From: an uncultured Spirochaetota bacterium
GTDB taxonomy: Bacteria > Spirochaetota > UBA4802 > UBA5550
Assembly (NCBI GenBank): GCA_963827275.1
Contig: CAWHAA010000001.1
Span: 128,001 to 192,000 of the forward strand
DNA: 64,000 nt
Direction: 5' to 3'
The notes beneath the pieces were generated by a model that was not told the DNA's origin, did not search any database, and saw only the letters and a program-made list of their open reading frames with translations. The position numbers and the translations under genes were made by a program. Below are positions 51,888 to 63,615 of the stretch, in pieces; positions within the stretch are counted from its first letter, which is position 1, and the number at the start of each line of letters is the position of its first letter.

Positions 51888-52131
51888 GTTTATACTCACA
51901 AAATCTACTATCACACATTACCTGCAAAATCGGCATATGTGTATACTAACTATAGTGCAACAATCAGGAGTGTGTCCAATATTGTCAATATAAAATCTGA
52001 TCGTATAATGCGCGGTGACATAATATTTGAAAATGGCTCCTGAAATTTATTATTAATAATATTAATAGCTCTTGACTTAAATACCGTCCAGCGATACTTT
52101 TTTATTGCAAGCATTATTACATGGATGATAC

Positions 52132-52959
52132 ATGCGACAGATAAAAGGAATTATCGGCATATACAGCCGGCGGGCCAGGGACCAGATCAACGAAGCGGGG
52201 ACCAGGTTTCTCGCCCGGGCAGGCCTCGAGGCAATTTCCCAGGAACTGTTCGCCTGCCTTGATGAGCTCATCAAGAACGCGGTCAAGGCGAATTACAAGT
52301 TCCTTCTCCTGAGGGAGCGGATAGAGAACAGGCTGCAGCAGCTCCATCCCGGGAAGAGCGCCGAAGAGATCGGCGCGGACATCAGCGATATCATAAAGAT
52401 CCCGGAGCACTTCAACCGCCTCGCGGGGGACATCCTCAGTAGCGAAGACCTCTCAACCACCGTGCGTGAAATCCTCAATGAAGAATCAAAGCTGCTCGCC
52501 ATTAAAAACAGGGCATACCTTGAAAACCGTGATTTCAACGATCCCGAGAAGCGCATCATGGAAGACCTTGCCGGGATACGGGAGATCAGGAAAAAAATCA
52601 GGGAGCGCAATGTCAGGGTCATGTGGAGCATCCAGGCCGATGAAGATTTTGTCTATATCGACGTCATGAACACCGCCCCGATACTGACACGGGACCTGTA
52701 CCGCATACATAAAAAGCGGGAAGAGTACCGGCTCTGCCGGGAGCGCGGAAAAGAATACGAGTTCTTTATCAATAACATCGATACCAGCGAATCCGGGTTC
52801 GGCCTCGGGTTTGCGAAGATCGATGCGATACTGAACAACTGGGGACTTTCCGAGGAGCGCTTTATCACTATCATATCCGCAATCAACACCACCGTCATGC
52901 TGACCCTTCCGGTTGACCTGTTGAAAAAATCAGTACTGCGGGACGACGGCGCCGCATAA
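52132..52959 (+). CDS. Divergent HATPase_c/RsbW-like protein
   Basis: N-box-like DELIKNAVKAN and G-box-like SGFGLG separated by a long helical insert. Confidence 0.55.
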   Translation: MRQIKGIIGIYSRRARDQINEAGTRFLARAGLEAISQELFACLDELIKNAVKANYKFLLLRERIENRLQQLHPGKSAEEIGADISDIIKIPEHFNRLAGDILSSEDLSTTVREILNEESKLLAIKNRAYLENRDFNDPEKRIMEDLAGIREIRKKIRERNVRVMWSIQADEDFVYIDVMNTAPILTRDLYRIHKKREEYRLCRERGKEYEFFINNIDTSESGFGLGFAKIDAILNNWGLSEERFITIISAINTTVMLTLPVDLLKKSVLRDDGAA

Positions 52960-52988
52960 AACAATACCCCGGGCCCGAGGCAGCCATC

Positions 52989-53909
52989 ATGGAAGCATTT
53001 TTCAATGACCCGACGCTCTTTGGCGAAGAGATACTGAACGGCCTTCACATCTTCGCCGGGAGCTGGCTTGACACGGCAATGCTGGCAATCACATCCGCCG
53101 GGAGCCATCTCTTCTACATGCTGGCGCTCCCGGTCCTCTACTGGTGCTGGGACAAGAAAAAGGCGCTCTACACCGGCGCCCTGTTCCTGATCGGCATATC
53201 GGTCAATGATTTCATAAAGACGCTGTTCAACAACCCGCGCCCCGACCCGGCGAAGCTCCTGCCGGGCATCGCCGAACTGGCGGCGCGGTACCGGCCGAAA
53301 GGCCCGGGGTTCCCGAGCGGCCACACGCAGGGCGCCGTCCTCCTGTGGGGATCGATCGCGCTTCTTGCCCGCCCCAGGGCCGTGCGGGCGCTCTGCGCCG
53401 CGATGATCGTCCTCATCCCCTACTCCCGCCTCTATCTCGGCGTGCATTACCTGGGCGATGTCATCGGCGGCTTTTTCTTCGGCGCAGTCTGCTTCGCCGT
53501 CATATACCCCGCCGCGAAATTGACGGAACGCCATTACCGTGCGGCGAATAGCGCTGTCCTGATATTACTCCTCATGCTGGTCCCGATCGCGGTGTCCTGT
53601 CTCGTGCCCGGCCACCAGATCAATACCACCATGGGGACGATATCCGGCTTCATGATCGGCGCCCTCCTTGCGGAAGAGAGGGTCCGCTTTAATCCCCGGA
53701 ACGGTCCTGCCGCCACGGCGATAAAGATAGGCATTGGCCTCGCGGTCGTGTTCGCACTACGGCTCGGGCTGAAGCAGGTGCTTCCCGACATTCCCGCGGC
53801 AGGTTTCTTCAGATACTGGTGTATCGGGTTCTGGTGCTCATTCGGCGCCCCGCTTGTTTTCGGGAAGTTCAGGGCGCTCAGGGGGGACATGGACGGGGGG
53901 TCAGAGTAA
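52989..53909 (+). CDS. PAP2-family membrane phosphatase
   Basis: K......RP, FPSGH, SRLYLGVHY..DVI motifs. Confidence 0.92.
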   Translation: MEAFFNDPTLFGEEILNGLHIFAGSWLDTAMLAITSAGSHLFYMLALPVLYWCWDKKKALYTGALFLIGISVNDFIKTLFNNPRPDPAKLLPGIAELAARYRPKGPGFPSGHTQGAVLLWGSIALLARPRAVRALCAAMIVLIPYSRLYLGVHYLGDVIGGFFFGAVCFAVIYPAAKLTERHYRAANSAVLILLLMLVPIAVSCLVPGHQINTTMGTISGFMIGALLAEERVRFNPRNGPAATAIKIGIGLAVVFALRLGLKQVLPDIPAAGFFRYWCIGFWCSFGAPLVFGKFRALRGDMDGGSE

Positions 53910-54077
53910 AATTACCGATAACTATCGGGAGATGTGTTGCTCTGACCCCTTTGTATCAGTCAAAGCATGGGATACTACCGATAACTATCGCAACTTTACC
54001 ATACACACTAACGCAAAGTGTCTACTTTAATGCCGCATCCCACCGATAACTATCGGGCAGCATTTTACTCTGACACC
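53897..54077. repeat. Cluster of three CCGATAACTATCG cores with flanking GGGGTCAGAGTAA/TTGCTCTGACCCC arms
   Basis: Cores at 53915, 53978 and 54043; partner motifs at 53897-53909, 53937-53949 and 54065-54077. Confidence 0.92.
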
Positions 54078-54085
54078 TGCGCATC

Positions 54086-55240
54086 TCAATCCAGATAGAT
54101 CCGGGGCACCCGCGAGCTGATATTGCAGAGGAACTCATAGGTAATGGTCCCGATCGCGTCGCAGAGCGATTCCAGGGGCAGCGATACTCCATCCATCTCG
54201 CCGAACAGCAGCACATCGTCGCCGTTATAGGCGGTGCCATCCATGCCGATATCGACCATCACCTGGTCCATGCATACCGTCCCCACGACCGGATAGCTTT
54301 TCCCCCGGATGACCGCCCTGCCCCGGTTCGACAGGAGGCGGTTATAGCCATCGCCATAGCCGATGGGAAGGGTCACGATGCGGGTCCGGTCCTTCGTCAC
54401 GTAGGTGTGGCTGTAGCTGATGCCCGCGCCCGGTGGGCATACTTTGAAATAGGACACTTTTGTCTTGAGGGTCATTGCCGGAAGCAGCCTTCTCCCGCTG
54501 AAATCGCGCTCCGGGTCATATCCCAGGGGATTATAGCCGTACAGCATGATCCCGGGACGCACCATGGTGAAATCCGACTTCCGGCCGTTGATGATAGCGG
54601 CGGAATTCGCGAGGTGGACATGCGCGGGCAGCGCGTTCTTCCGCGCCATGGCATCCAGGATCTTCTCGAAACGCCCGATCTGCGTGTCGGTGAAGGCCGG
54701 ATCGGAATCAGCCTTTGCGAGGTGTGAAAAGACGCCGGTGACTTCAATGCCGGGGAGCTCCCCGGTGCGGGAGATGAACTGTTCCGCGTTGTACCAGTGG
54801 ACCCCTATCCGCTCCATGCCGGTATCGACCTTCAATTGAACTTTCGCCGTCCTGCCAAGCCGCTTCGCCGCCGCAGAGATCGCGATTGATTTGTCGATCG
54901 ACGAACTGGTGATTTCGATGTCATGGGCCAGGAAATCGTCAATCTGTCCCGTGTTGATTGCGCCGCAGACCAGGATGGGCGCCTTGATGCCGCTTTTTCT
55001 CAGGTACACGGCTTCCTCGAGATACGCCACGCCCAGGTAGTGCGCCCCCGCAGCAAGGAGGGTTTCGGAAATGGTCTTTATGCCGTGGCCATAGGCGTTC
55101 GACTTCACCATGGCCATGATCTTCACGTCCGGGCCGACAAGGGAGCGGACAATCCCGAAATTGTTCCGGATACGCCCGAGGGAGACCTCGGCCCTGGTGG
55201 GCCGGTCATGATATGTTTCGATGATAAGCTGCATAGGCAT
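54086..55240 (-). CDS. alr: Alanine racemase
   Basis: VKSNAYGHG (PLP Lys), DTGMERIG, VRPGIMLYG, GYGDG, GTVCMD, TITYE. Confidence 0.95.
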   Translation of the reverse strand: MPMQLIIETYHDRPTRAEVSLGRIRNNFGIVRSLVGPDVKIMAMVKSNAYGHGIKTISETLLAAGAHYLGVAYLEEAVYLRKSGIKAPILVCGAINTGQIDDFLAHDIEITSSSIDKSIAISAAAKRLGRTAKVQLKVDTGMERIGVHWYNAEQFISRTGELPGIEVTGVFSHLAKADSDPAFTDTQIGRFEKILDAMARKNALPAHVHLANSAAIINGRKSDFTMVRPGIMLYGYNPLGYDPERDFSGRRLLPAMTLKTKVSYFKVCPPGAGISYSHTYVTKDRTRIVTLPIGYGDGYNRLLSNRGRAVIRGKSYPVVGTVCMDQVMVDIGMDGTAYNGDDVLLFGEMDGVSLPLESLCDAIGTITYEFLCNISSRVPRIYLD

Positions 55241-55314
55241 CGGTAAAATTGTATTACCGGTATCCAGATCAGGGGGATTTGTCAATTAATATATCAGATA
55301 TGGCAAGACTCATG

Positions 55315-55349
55315 GGGGTCAGAGTAACTTCCGTACCGATAGTTATCCC
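55315..55349 (-). repeat. Inverted copy of the repeat family
   Basis: GGGGTCAGAGTAA-N8-CCGATAGTTATCCC on the plus strand. Confidence 0.85.
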
Positions 55350-55382
55350 CGACTTGCATGCGTCATCCTGCCGCAGCCTGCC

Positions 55383-56225
55383 TTAGCGAACAATCGAATC
55401 GATCAGATCCAACCCGTTCCGGTAAAACACCCTGTCATAGAACTCCTGCGACAGGCCGTAGCCCAGCAGGGTCTCCAGCTCGGATTCGCGCGGCAGGATC
55501 AGGTTGGGAAAATCCGATCCGTACACGATGCGGTCCCGGTGCGCCTCAAGCGCCTCGCCGCCGAGGTTGAACCCGCCCTTTCCCTGGAACTCCCCGAAGA
55601 AGGCGAACGCCGTATCGAGATACAGCCCCGGATGCCCGTCGAGCAGGTCCATGAACCCGGCATATTCGTACGCGCCCATGTGCGCCACGTTGGCCGGGAT
55701 TTCAGGATAGCGCTCAAGGAGCTTTTTGAATTCCGCGAGCCCCACGAACTCGTTCCCCACCGGACCGGTCCCGACGTGAAACAGGAGGCGCTTCCCCCGC
55801 TCCATCACCATCTCGTACATCGGGTTGAGGCGCGGGTCGTGCGGATAGAAGCGCTGCACCAGGAGCTGAAGCTTGAAGCCGAGGACCCGCGGATGGTCCA
55901 GCACCTTCTCCGCCATTGCGAGGGCATTGTCATCATCGGGATGGTATGCCGCAAAGCAGTAGAGATCGGGATCCCCGTCGAGGAGGCGCAGGTTCCATTC
56001 ATTCAGGCTTTCGGCGACGCCCGCGCGATGAGCGTAGTTGGAAAAGACGATTTTTTCCACGCCCCGCTCCCGCAGATAGCTGACGCACTCGCGGTGGTAC
56101 AGTGGGTATATGACGTCCCACCGGTATCCTTTTGTAAAATAGTCCCTGATGGCGTCGAACATCCTGTCAGGGAAGAGGTGGACATGGAAGTCGATGATGC
56201 GTGACGGCAGCATTGTATCGTTCAA
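55383..56225 (-). CDS. Amidohydrolase-2 family protein
   Basis: IDFHVH, FHVG, AHMG, YLDTA, YGSDFP. Confidence 0.9.
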   Translation of the reverse strand: MNDTMLPSRIIDFHVHLFPDRMFDAIRDYFTKGYRWDVIYPLYHRECVSYLRERGVEKIVFSNYAHRAGVAESLNEWNLRLLDGDPDLYCFAAYHPDDDNALAMAEKVLDHPRVLGFKLQLLVQRFYPHDPRLNPMYEMVMERGKRLLFHVGTGPVGNEFVGLAEFKKLLERYPEIPANVAHMGAYEYAGFMDLLDGHPGLYLDTAFAFFGEFQGKGGFNLGGEALEAHRDRIVYGSDFPNLILPRESELETLLGYGLSQEFYDRVFYRNGLDLIDSIVR

Positions 56226-56347
56226 TGTATCCGGCGCCCCTCAGAAGAAATTATTATTTTCCCGATGATGTATCCCTTTGACAGGGAAGGTATATCAGCT
56301 TGTTGAATCTGTCAAATGTTTTCAGCAGCGCGGGGGCCGCAAATGAA

Positions 56348-56371
56348 CGGGCGGCCCATGTGGGCCGCCCG
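56348..56371 (-). terminator. GC-rich hairpin after ahcY
   Basis: CGGGCGGCCCA-TG-TGGGCCGCCCG. Confidence 0.65.
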
Positions 56372-56401
56372 CGTGACATCGTATGATGAGCTAAAGAGAG
56401 C

Positions 56402-57844
<1,443 letters not shown>

Positions 57845-57933
57845 CTTTATTCTCCTTTTGATTATTATTACATGCCCCGCGGCGCGCTCCATTACGCTCC
57901 CCGGAAATTTTCGGGGAAGGCGCGCCGCCGGTA

Positions 57934-58848
57934 TTAACTTTTTTTCGATACGTACAGGTCTATCTTCAGGCCGTTCCCGGCGTCAAACTGCGCGAAGTCA
58001 GCCAGCTTCAGCCCGCCGGCGGCGAGCCAGCGCTCCATGCTTTTCCGCGAAAAGCCGAGCCAGCGGTGCTCGTACTTCTTGCGCAGCTCCTCGTCCTGGT
58101 GCTTGTCGAGGTCAACGATGACCAGCGACCCGCCGTGTTTCAGCACCCTGGCCGCCTCCATGATGCCGGCGTCCGGGGCGGGGAGATGGTGGAGCACCAT
58201 GTTGATGACCGCGGCATCCGCTTCCATGTCCCTCATCGGGAGGTGCTCGATCTCGCCGATCCTGAGCTCGATCCCCCTGCCGTTGGCCGCGAGCCGCCGT
58301 TCCGCCTCTTCCAGCATCTTCGGCGACTTGTCCACCCCGATCACCCGCTTCGCCTTCCGCCTGATGTACGGCAGCAGCTCGCCGTTGCCGCAGCCGAGGT
58401 CCGCCGCGACGCCGCAGCTCTCGATCCGCTCCGCTATCTCGTCCGATATGTTGAGGTCCCCGAAAAGGGTCTGCCTGATGCCGGTCCAGTCGCGGGCTAT
58501 CGAGTCAAAGAACCTCGTCTTCTCCTTCATCCCCTCTTCAAGGACCTTTTTCATCGACCCGTAATCGCCGGCCAGGTCGGCGTCCCCGGCGACAAACCCC
58601 TCGAAGAGCTCGTTGAACCTGCCGCCGCGTCCCTCCCGGTTTACGCTGTAAAAAGCCCAGAGGCCGTCGCGGCGGGACTTCAACAGTCCGCTCTCGGTCA
58701 AAATTTTGAGGTGCCGCGAAATCCGGGACTGCCCCATCCCCATGGCCGCCGTTATTTCGTTGACATTCAGCTCGTGGCGGAGCAGGAGATTGAGGAGCCG
58801 CAGGCGGGTCTCGTCCGCAAGGGCCTTGTAAAACTGTACCGCTTCCAT
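57934..58848 (-). CDS. sahR: ArsR-HTH plus SAM-methyltransferase-fold regulator (SahR-like)
   Basis: [18 protein letters not shown]-terminus; DLGCGNG, MVLHH C-terminus; directly upstream of ahcY. Confidence 0.8.
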   Translation of the reverse strand: MEAVQFYKALADETRLRLLNLLLRHELNVNEITAAMGMGQSRISRHLKILTESGLLKSRRDGLWAFYSVNREGRGGRFNELFEGFVAGDADLAGDYGSMKKVLEEGMKEKTRFFDSIARDWTGIRQTLFGDLNISDEIAERIESCGVAADLGCGNGELLPYIRRKAKRVIGVDKSPKMLEEAERRLAANGRGIELRIGEIEHLPMRDMEADAAVINMVLHHLPAPDAGIMEAARVLKHGGSLVIVDLDKHQDEELRKKYEHRWLGFSRKSMERWLAAGGLKLADFAQFDAGNGLKIDLYVSKKS

Positions 58849-58852
58849 ATAA

Positions 58853-58884
58853 ATTACTATATCAAGATATATTGATATAGTAAT
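58853..58884. promoter_or_regulatory. SahR-type operator ATTACTATATCAA-N6-TTGATATAGTAAT
   Basis: Perfect 13-bp arms overlapping the -10 of a minus-strand TTGACT-N17-TACTAT promoter, 4 nt from the ATG. Confidence 0.85.
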
Positions 58885-58995
58885 ATCAGGCGGGGTAAAA
58901 GTCAATTAAAAAATTCAGGAAAGGATATAAACGACCGGGCGCCGGGGAGGGTCCCCGGGCCCGCAGCGGAAGGCGCCCGGCTTTCAAACCGGGGC

Positions 58996-60585
58996 TTATT
59001 CGCCGCCCTTGATCAGTTTTACGGACATATCATCGTTATTTTTCGCCACCGGAGCGCCGAAGAGCTTGACCGTGAAGCCGAGGGCGACGCTGAACCGTTT
59101 TTCATCGAAGCCCTTGGCGATGGCGTGATACGTCGGGCCGCTGACGTTCGTGTATTCGGTGGAATAGACTTTTTCCTTTTGATAGAGCATGTACATGAGG
59201 CCCACTGACACGTCAAGCCAGTCCGTCACGTTGAAGAGAAAACCGCCCCCGAAGCTGTGGCTCTGCAGGAGCGGATCGACCTCGTTGCGCGCCTTTGACC
59301 GCACGCCGAAATCGTTAAACGCGTACCCGGCGCTCACGGTCGCCTTCGGGAGGAAGTTCCACTCGAGACATCCGCCCACGCGGTAGCCGAGGGGCTTGAA
59401 GCCGTCCTCCCTGCCGTCGAGGTCGCGCAGGTTACGGAGCTGGAGCTCCCCGGAGACCTCCGCCCGGATCCCCTTCCATATCTTGACCGACGCGCCGAGC
59501 GCGATGCTCTGGGGATAGGTGACCTTGAGCTTGGGCTTCACTTCTTTCTTGAACTTCATTAAATTTTCGGGTGTGATCTTCGTGATATCGAACCCCGCGG
59601 GATCGTACAGGCTTTCATATATAAGCGGCTCAAACCCGTCCAGGAGGATGTTCAGGCTCCCCGACGAGGCGACCACGCCGGGCACGAACAGCTTGTTCGT
59701 TTTTTTCTTGAGGACCATCGGGGGATAGTACTCGTATTTGATGCCGATGTCCAGGATGCTGACCGGCCTGAAGTGGAACCCGGCGATGATGCCGACCCCG
59801 TGCCCCTTGACGTCCACGTCAATGAGCCAGGGCTTGGTCGCGCTGATATCATACCCGCCCGGGTTCTGCGTGGCCATGCCGGTGTATTTCACGGTGATGT
59901 TCTGGTTGCCGCTGGCGTAGATGTAGCGCAGGCCGAGGGCCGCGGATACCCACTCCTTGATTTTATACACGCCCCCCACGGTGCCGCCGACATAAAACTC
60001 GGTGCGCACCGCTTTGGCGTCGCGCCAGAACCCCGCAATGTTATTCGAGACGCCGCCCGTTCCCGCGTAGGTGGTCTCGAACGGGGCCAGCAGGCCCCAG
60101 TCAATGACCGCGAGGCCCTGGTTGAAGGTCATCCCGGGCGCCGCCTGCATCACGCCGACGGAGAGGAACACGGCCCAGACATCGTCCTTCCAGATAAGGT
60201 CGAAGCCGGGGAGCACCGGCGCCAGGGTCTCGGCGGCATACTCCTTCGGCTTGCCGCTCATCGGGTTCAGGAAATTCGACGTGGGGATCATGGGAAAGTT
60301 ATCGTACTTGATGCCGTAATAATCCATGGTGTGGGCCCGCTTCGCGTAATAGGTCTGGGAGCTGAAATGCACGGTCAGGCCCTTGTAGTCGAGGAAGGCC
60401 AGGCCCGCGGGATTATAGAAGGCCGCGTCCGCGCTCGTGGAGGCGTTCCGGTTCAGGGTGCGCACGTAATCAGCGCCGTGGTTCGGCATGATGCCGTCCT
60501 CCTGGTTGAGGCGGGAGGCGAATACATCATTTGAAACGGCAGACAACAATAAAGCAAGGCATATGATTGCGAATTTCTTCATCAT
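58996..60585 (-). CDS. FadL/OmpP1-like outer-membrane transporter
   Basis: Signal peptide, RNASTSADAAFYNPAGL hatch motif, beta-barrel strands. Confidence 0.75.
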   Translation of the reverse strand: MMKKFAIICLALLLSAVSNDVFASRLNQEDGIMPNHGADYVRTLNRNASTSADAAFYNPAGLAFLDYKGLTVHFSSQTYYAKRAHTMDYYGIKYDNFPMIPTSNFLNPMSGKPKEYAAETLAPVLPGFDLIWKDDVWAVFLSVGVMQAAPGMTFNQGLAVIDWGLLAPFETTYAGTGGVSNNIAGFWRDAKAVRTEFYVGGTVGGVYKIKEWVSAALGLRYIYASGNQNITVKYTGMATQNPGGYDISATKPWLIDVDVKGHGVGIIAGFHFRPVSILDIGIKYEYYPPMVLKKKTNKLFVPGVVASSGSLNILLDGFEPLIYESLYDPAGFDITKITPENLMKFKKEVKPKLKVTYPQSIALGASVKIWKGIRAEVSGELQLRNLRDLDGREDGFKPLGYRVGGCLEWNFLPKATVSAGYAFNDFGVRSKARNEVDPLLQSHSFGGGFLFNVTDWLDVSVGLMYMLYQKEKVYSTEYTNVSGPTYHAIAKGFDEKRFSVALGFTVKLFGAPVAKNNDDMSVKLIKGGE

Positions 60586-60628
60586 TCCTCCGATTTTGAT
60601 TTTAATATTCAATTAAAATAATTCCATT

Positions 60629-62015
60629 TCAATTAGGTTGCTTCTTCTCGACTACAATTGAATTGACGAACAATGGCAAATCAGCGGAAAATATATCTTT
60701 TCTGATGCCATTTTTCCAGTAGCACGCAATGCATTTAGGATTCGTATATATGAAACCGGAGATATAGATATTATTGTGTTTTATTGTAATTGCGGTTGCG
60801 CCAGAGCCTTGTTTGTTCTGATATCATAACTCACAATCGAGAAAATGTAATTCATCATTTTTCCAATAGCAAGCTTTTAGTCAATCCCTGGGTCATTTTG
60901 ATGACCAGCAATATATAATCAATGTTATCAGAAACTATAATGGATTCAGCTTGTGAATAATTTAAATGCCGTCCCCAATATCAGACTTGATATTATTTCT
61001 CCAATAACATGCCGTTCAAATGCCGTTACTTATTTCTTTGAGACCCGGCCACATAAATATTATCGTTTATAACATATAAATCATTGGCATTCAGGATTAA
61101 AATCATTATCACCAATATTATTGGTTACACCATTCAATCCAAAAACATTCATGACTGTTCATATAAAAAATCAGTGTAATGGCCTAAGATAAAAACCATA
61201 TCATCATAGATAAATATACGTTTTGCCCTGGAATAATATGCAATATCGCCTACGTAATTTATCGAACTGTTAACCCAATAACATGCTCGGCTCATGCGGT
61301 TCGTTTCATCCTGTGCCATACCAGCAATATAAATGTTATTTTCACTAATAAAAATTGAATTAGCTTCACAGAATACCATTACTTCCCGTTAGTTCATATA
61401 AAATCATCATCTAACCCAATATCCACCGATTATTAGAAACATCAGGAACAACAACCAACACCATAACACTTCATATGAAACTTAACAATCTGATTAATTT
61501 CAGAACTTTTAACATTATTAGATTTATCGAGAATATGCAATTTCCTCATTCTTCCAGTAACAGGCCCTGGTAGCACCCTCATCCTCGGCGATCCTTTGGC
61601 TTATAATCCCGCTTATATAAATATCATACTCGCATTTTTCATATCTTCTATCCACCACATTGCTTTTCGCATAACCCTCTTTCACCGCGATCGCCTTAAT
61701 CGTCATGGTTTCCGAAACAGGGATCGGATTTCTGAAAAGAATCCCATTGCTCCCGCCCGGTTCTGACCCGTCCGTGGTATAGTAAATGTCCGCCCCCGGT
61801 GTGTCGCTCGTCAGCATGAGTGAAAACGGGTCCTCAAACTCCGTATCCGCCACGTCAAACCGCGGCGCGGCCGTCTGCGCAACCCTTTCCTTGATGAGCA
61901 GCGGCAGCGGTACGCTATAGAGCAGGTTCATTGAATCGGTGTACACCGACCCGCATGACGCGAGCAAGAACAGCGATATAACTGATGCGGCGGCTTTAAT
62001 GCCCTTCATAGACAA
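60629..62015 (-). CDS. Lipoprotein with a CHB_HEX_C/FN3-associated domain and repeated A(C)YWKN propeller-like units; heavily frameshifted
   Basis: Lipobox LASC, 'TPGADIYYTTDGSEP...IKAIAVK'; the repeats IYISG/IYIAG...ACYW continue over several frames; 3' end approximate. Confidence 0.6.
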
Positions 62016-62355
62016 GCCCTCTCAAAACATTAATATGGCAGCGGCGGGACGCCCGGGAATCATTCCGGTCGTGTTTCAACCGGCACCGGCTTTTTGCTGC
62101 GACAAACAACTGTTTGTAACAGCATGTTTTCAAAGAGCGTCAATTTTCGCGATATTTTTTCAAGCTCTTTTTGAAAATATCAGCCTGAATATATCACATC
62201 TTATGATAATAAAAAATGACAAAACCACACAAACATGTTCAAAAACCAGAGCACTTCTGCAACGGTGGTATAAAACGGCCCCGCCCATCAATGGCAGGGC
62301 CGTTGGAATTTCTCACATTCGTGCCCCTTCAGTGCAGGCACATCTTTGTAATAGT

Positions 62356-63561
62356 TTAACTACTTTTATTTATTCTTACTTGATATACCACCTCATCAAC
62401 CGGACCGCTCTCAGGAATGATATGGATATGCACATCATATGGATAATCACTTGTATCGAACGCATCTTTTTCAAATACAAATATCCAGGAACCTGTATCA
62501 AAATCTAGAGTGCCAGCAGTAAACGAACCACTTGCATATGGCGTTGCCGTAGTATCCGGGTCCTGATTATTCAAGAATACTTTAGCAGTCATGCTGGCAA
62601 CAGAATCGTCAATCGGCGATATTAACACTTTATATTTTGTCCGCGACCAAGCAGAACCATCAATTCGAGTGAACATGAAATCACTCAGCAATGAAGTTGA
62701 TGTTGCGCCTAGTTCCAGAGTATACCAACCTGCTGTATACTGCCTTAACTGCAGGTAATCAAGCCGCGCCTCGGTCGACGGCGCTGTGCCCCTGGTAACC
62801 GTGACCGTGTAATTTTTAGTGACGCTATCATCCTGGGACGTGACGCTTATGGTAATGACCCTCGACGCGCCGGCACCCGGCAGGTTGGTAATAGGCACCG
62901 GCGACCCGGAAAGGGCCGTCCATCCGTCAACCATGGCGGTCATGCCCGAGCCTTCCGGCATGGACACGGTGATATCTATCGATTCAGTCGCGTAGGAGAT
63001 GCCCACGGTATAGCCGGTAAGCTGCGCGGGGTCAAACACGGGACTGAGTGCGCTCGATATCGCGCCGGGCGAGCCGTTGGTCAGGGAGACCGCGAGGCCC
63101 GACAGGCTTGCGCTGGTGCCAAGGTAATAGACCCGGACATGGTATTCGGCCGTGGTCTGGCCGTCTTCGGAGGTGACCGCCGCGACGATGTCGTTTACAT
63201 CGAGCGAGTTATCAAGGTCAACGCTGACGGAATACGCCGGCCCGGTCACCGGGACCGCGGCTTCGCCGTTGCTCGCGATGGTCACAGCGGCGCCCTCGGG
63301 GCCGATCGCTTTAACGGCAAGAGACGCGGTCGCGCTTGTCACCACGAGGGTGTATTCGAGCGTTGCCGCGTCAAAGGCCGGCGATATGGCATAGTTCTCC
63401 ACCGCGAGGCTTTTCAGCGTCGCGTCCGCGCCGGCGGCCTGTTCAACGCTCCCCGGCGGGACCAGCTTCAAGCCCCCCGTGTCGGTGAGCTCGCACCCGC
63501 TTATCACGAGCGCGGCGGTCATCATCAGGATTATATTGGCAATTGTTCTCTTCATATTCAT
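62356..63561 (-). CDS. Surface lipoprotein with cadherin-like beta-sandwich repeats
   Basis: Lipobox ISGC; repeats 'A.L..L.V....SP.FD....Y......VTS.DG....Y.V.V'. Confidence 0.8.
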   Translation of the reverse strand: MNMKRTIANIILMMTAALVISGCELTDTGGLKLVPPGSVEQAAGADATLKSLAVENYAISPAFDAATLEYTLVVTSATASLAVKAIGPEGAAVTIASNGEAAVPVTGPAYSVSVDLDNSLDVNDIVAAVTSEDGQTTAEYHVRVYYLGTSASLSGLAVSLTNGSPGAISSALSPVFDPAQLTGYTVGISYATESIDITVSMPEGSGMTAMVDGWTALSGSPVPITNLPGAGASRVITISVTSQDDSVTKNYTVTVTRGTAPSTEARLDYLQLRQYTAGWYTLELGATSTSLLSDFMFTRIDGSAWSRTKYKVLISPIDDSVASMTAKVFLNNQDPDTTATPYASGSFTAGTLDFDTGSWIFVFEKDAFDTSDYPYDVHIHIIPESGPVDEVVYQVRINKSS

Positions 63562-63615
63562 CTCCTTTTCTGGCTGTGATAGTCAGCAACGCATGAAACG
63601 CTCCCGGGCCGCGCA

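Noticed and set aside
53915..54056. Canonical CRISPR mini-array
   Set aside because: Only about 14 nt are shared, there are three copies, there is no leader or cas gene, and the same motif is dispersed elsewhere.
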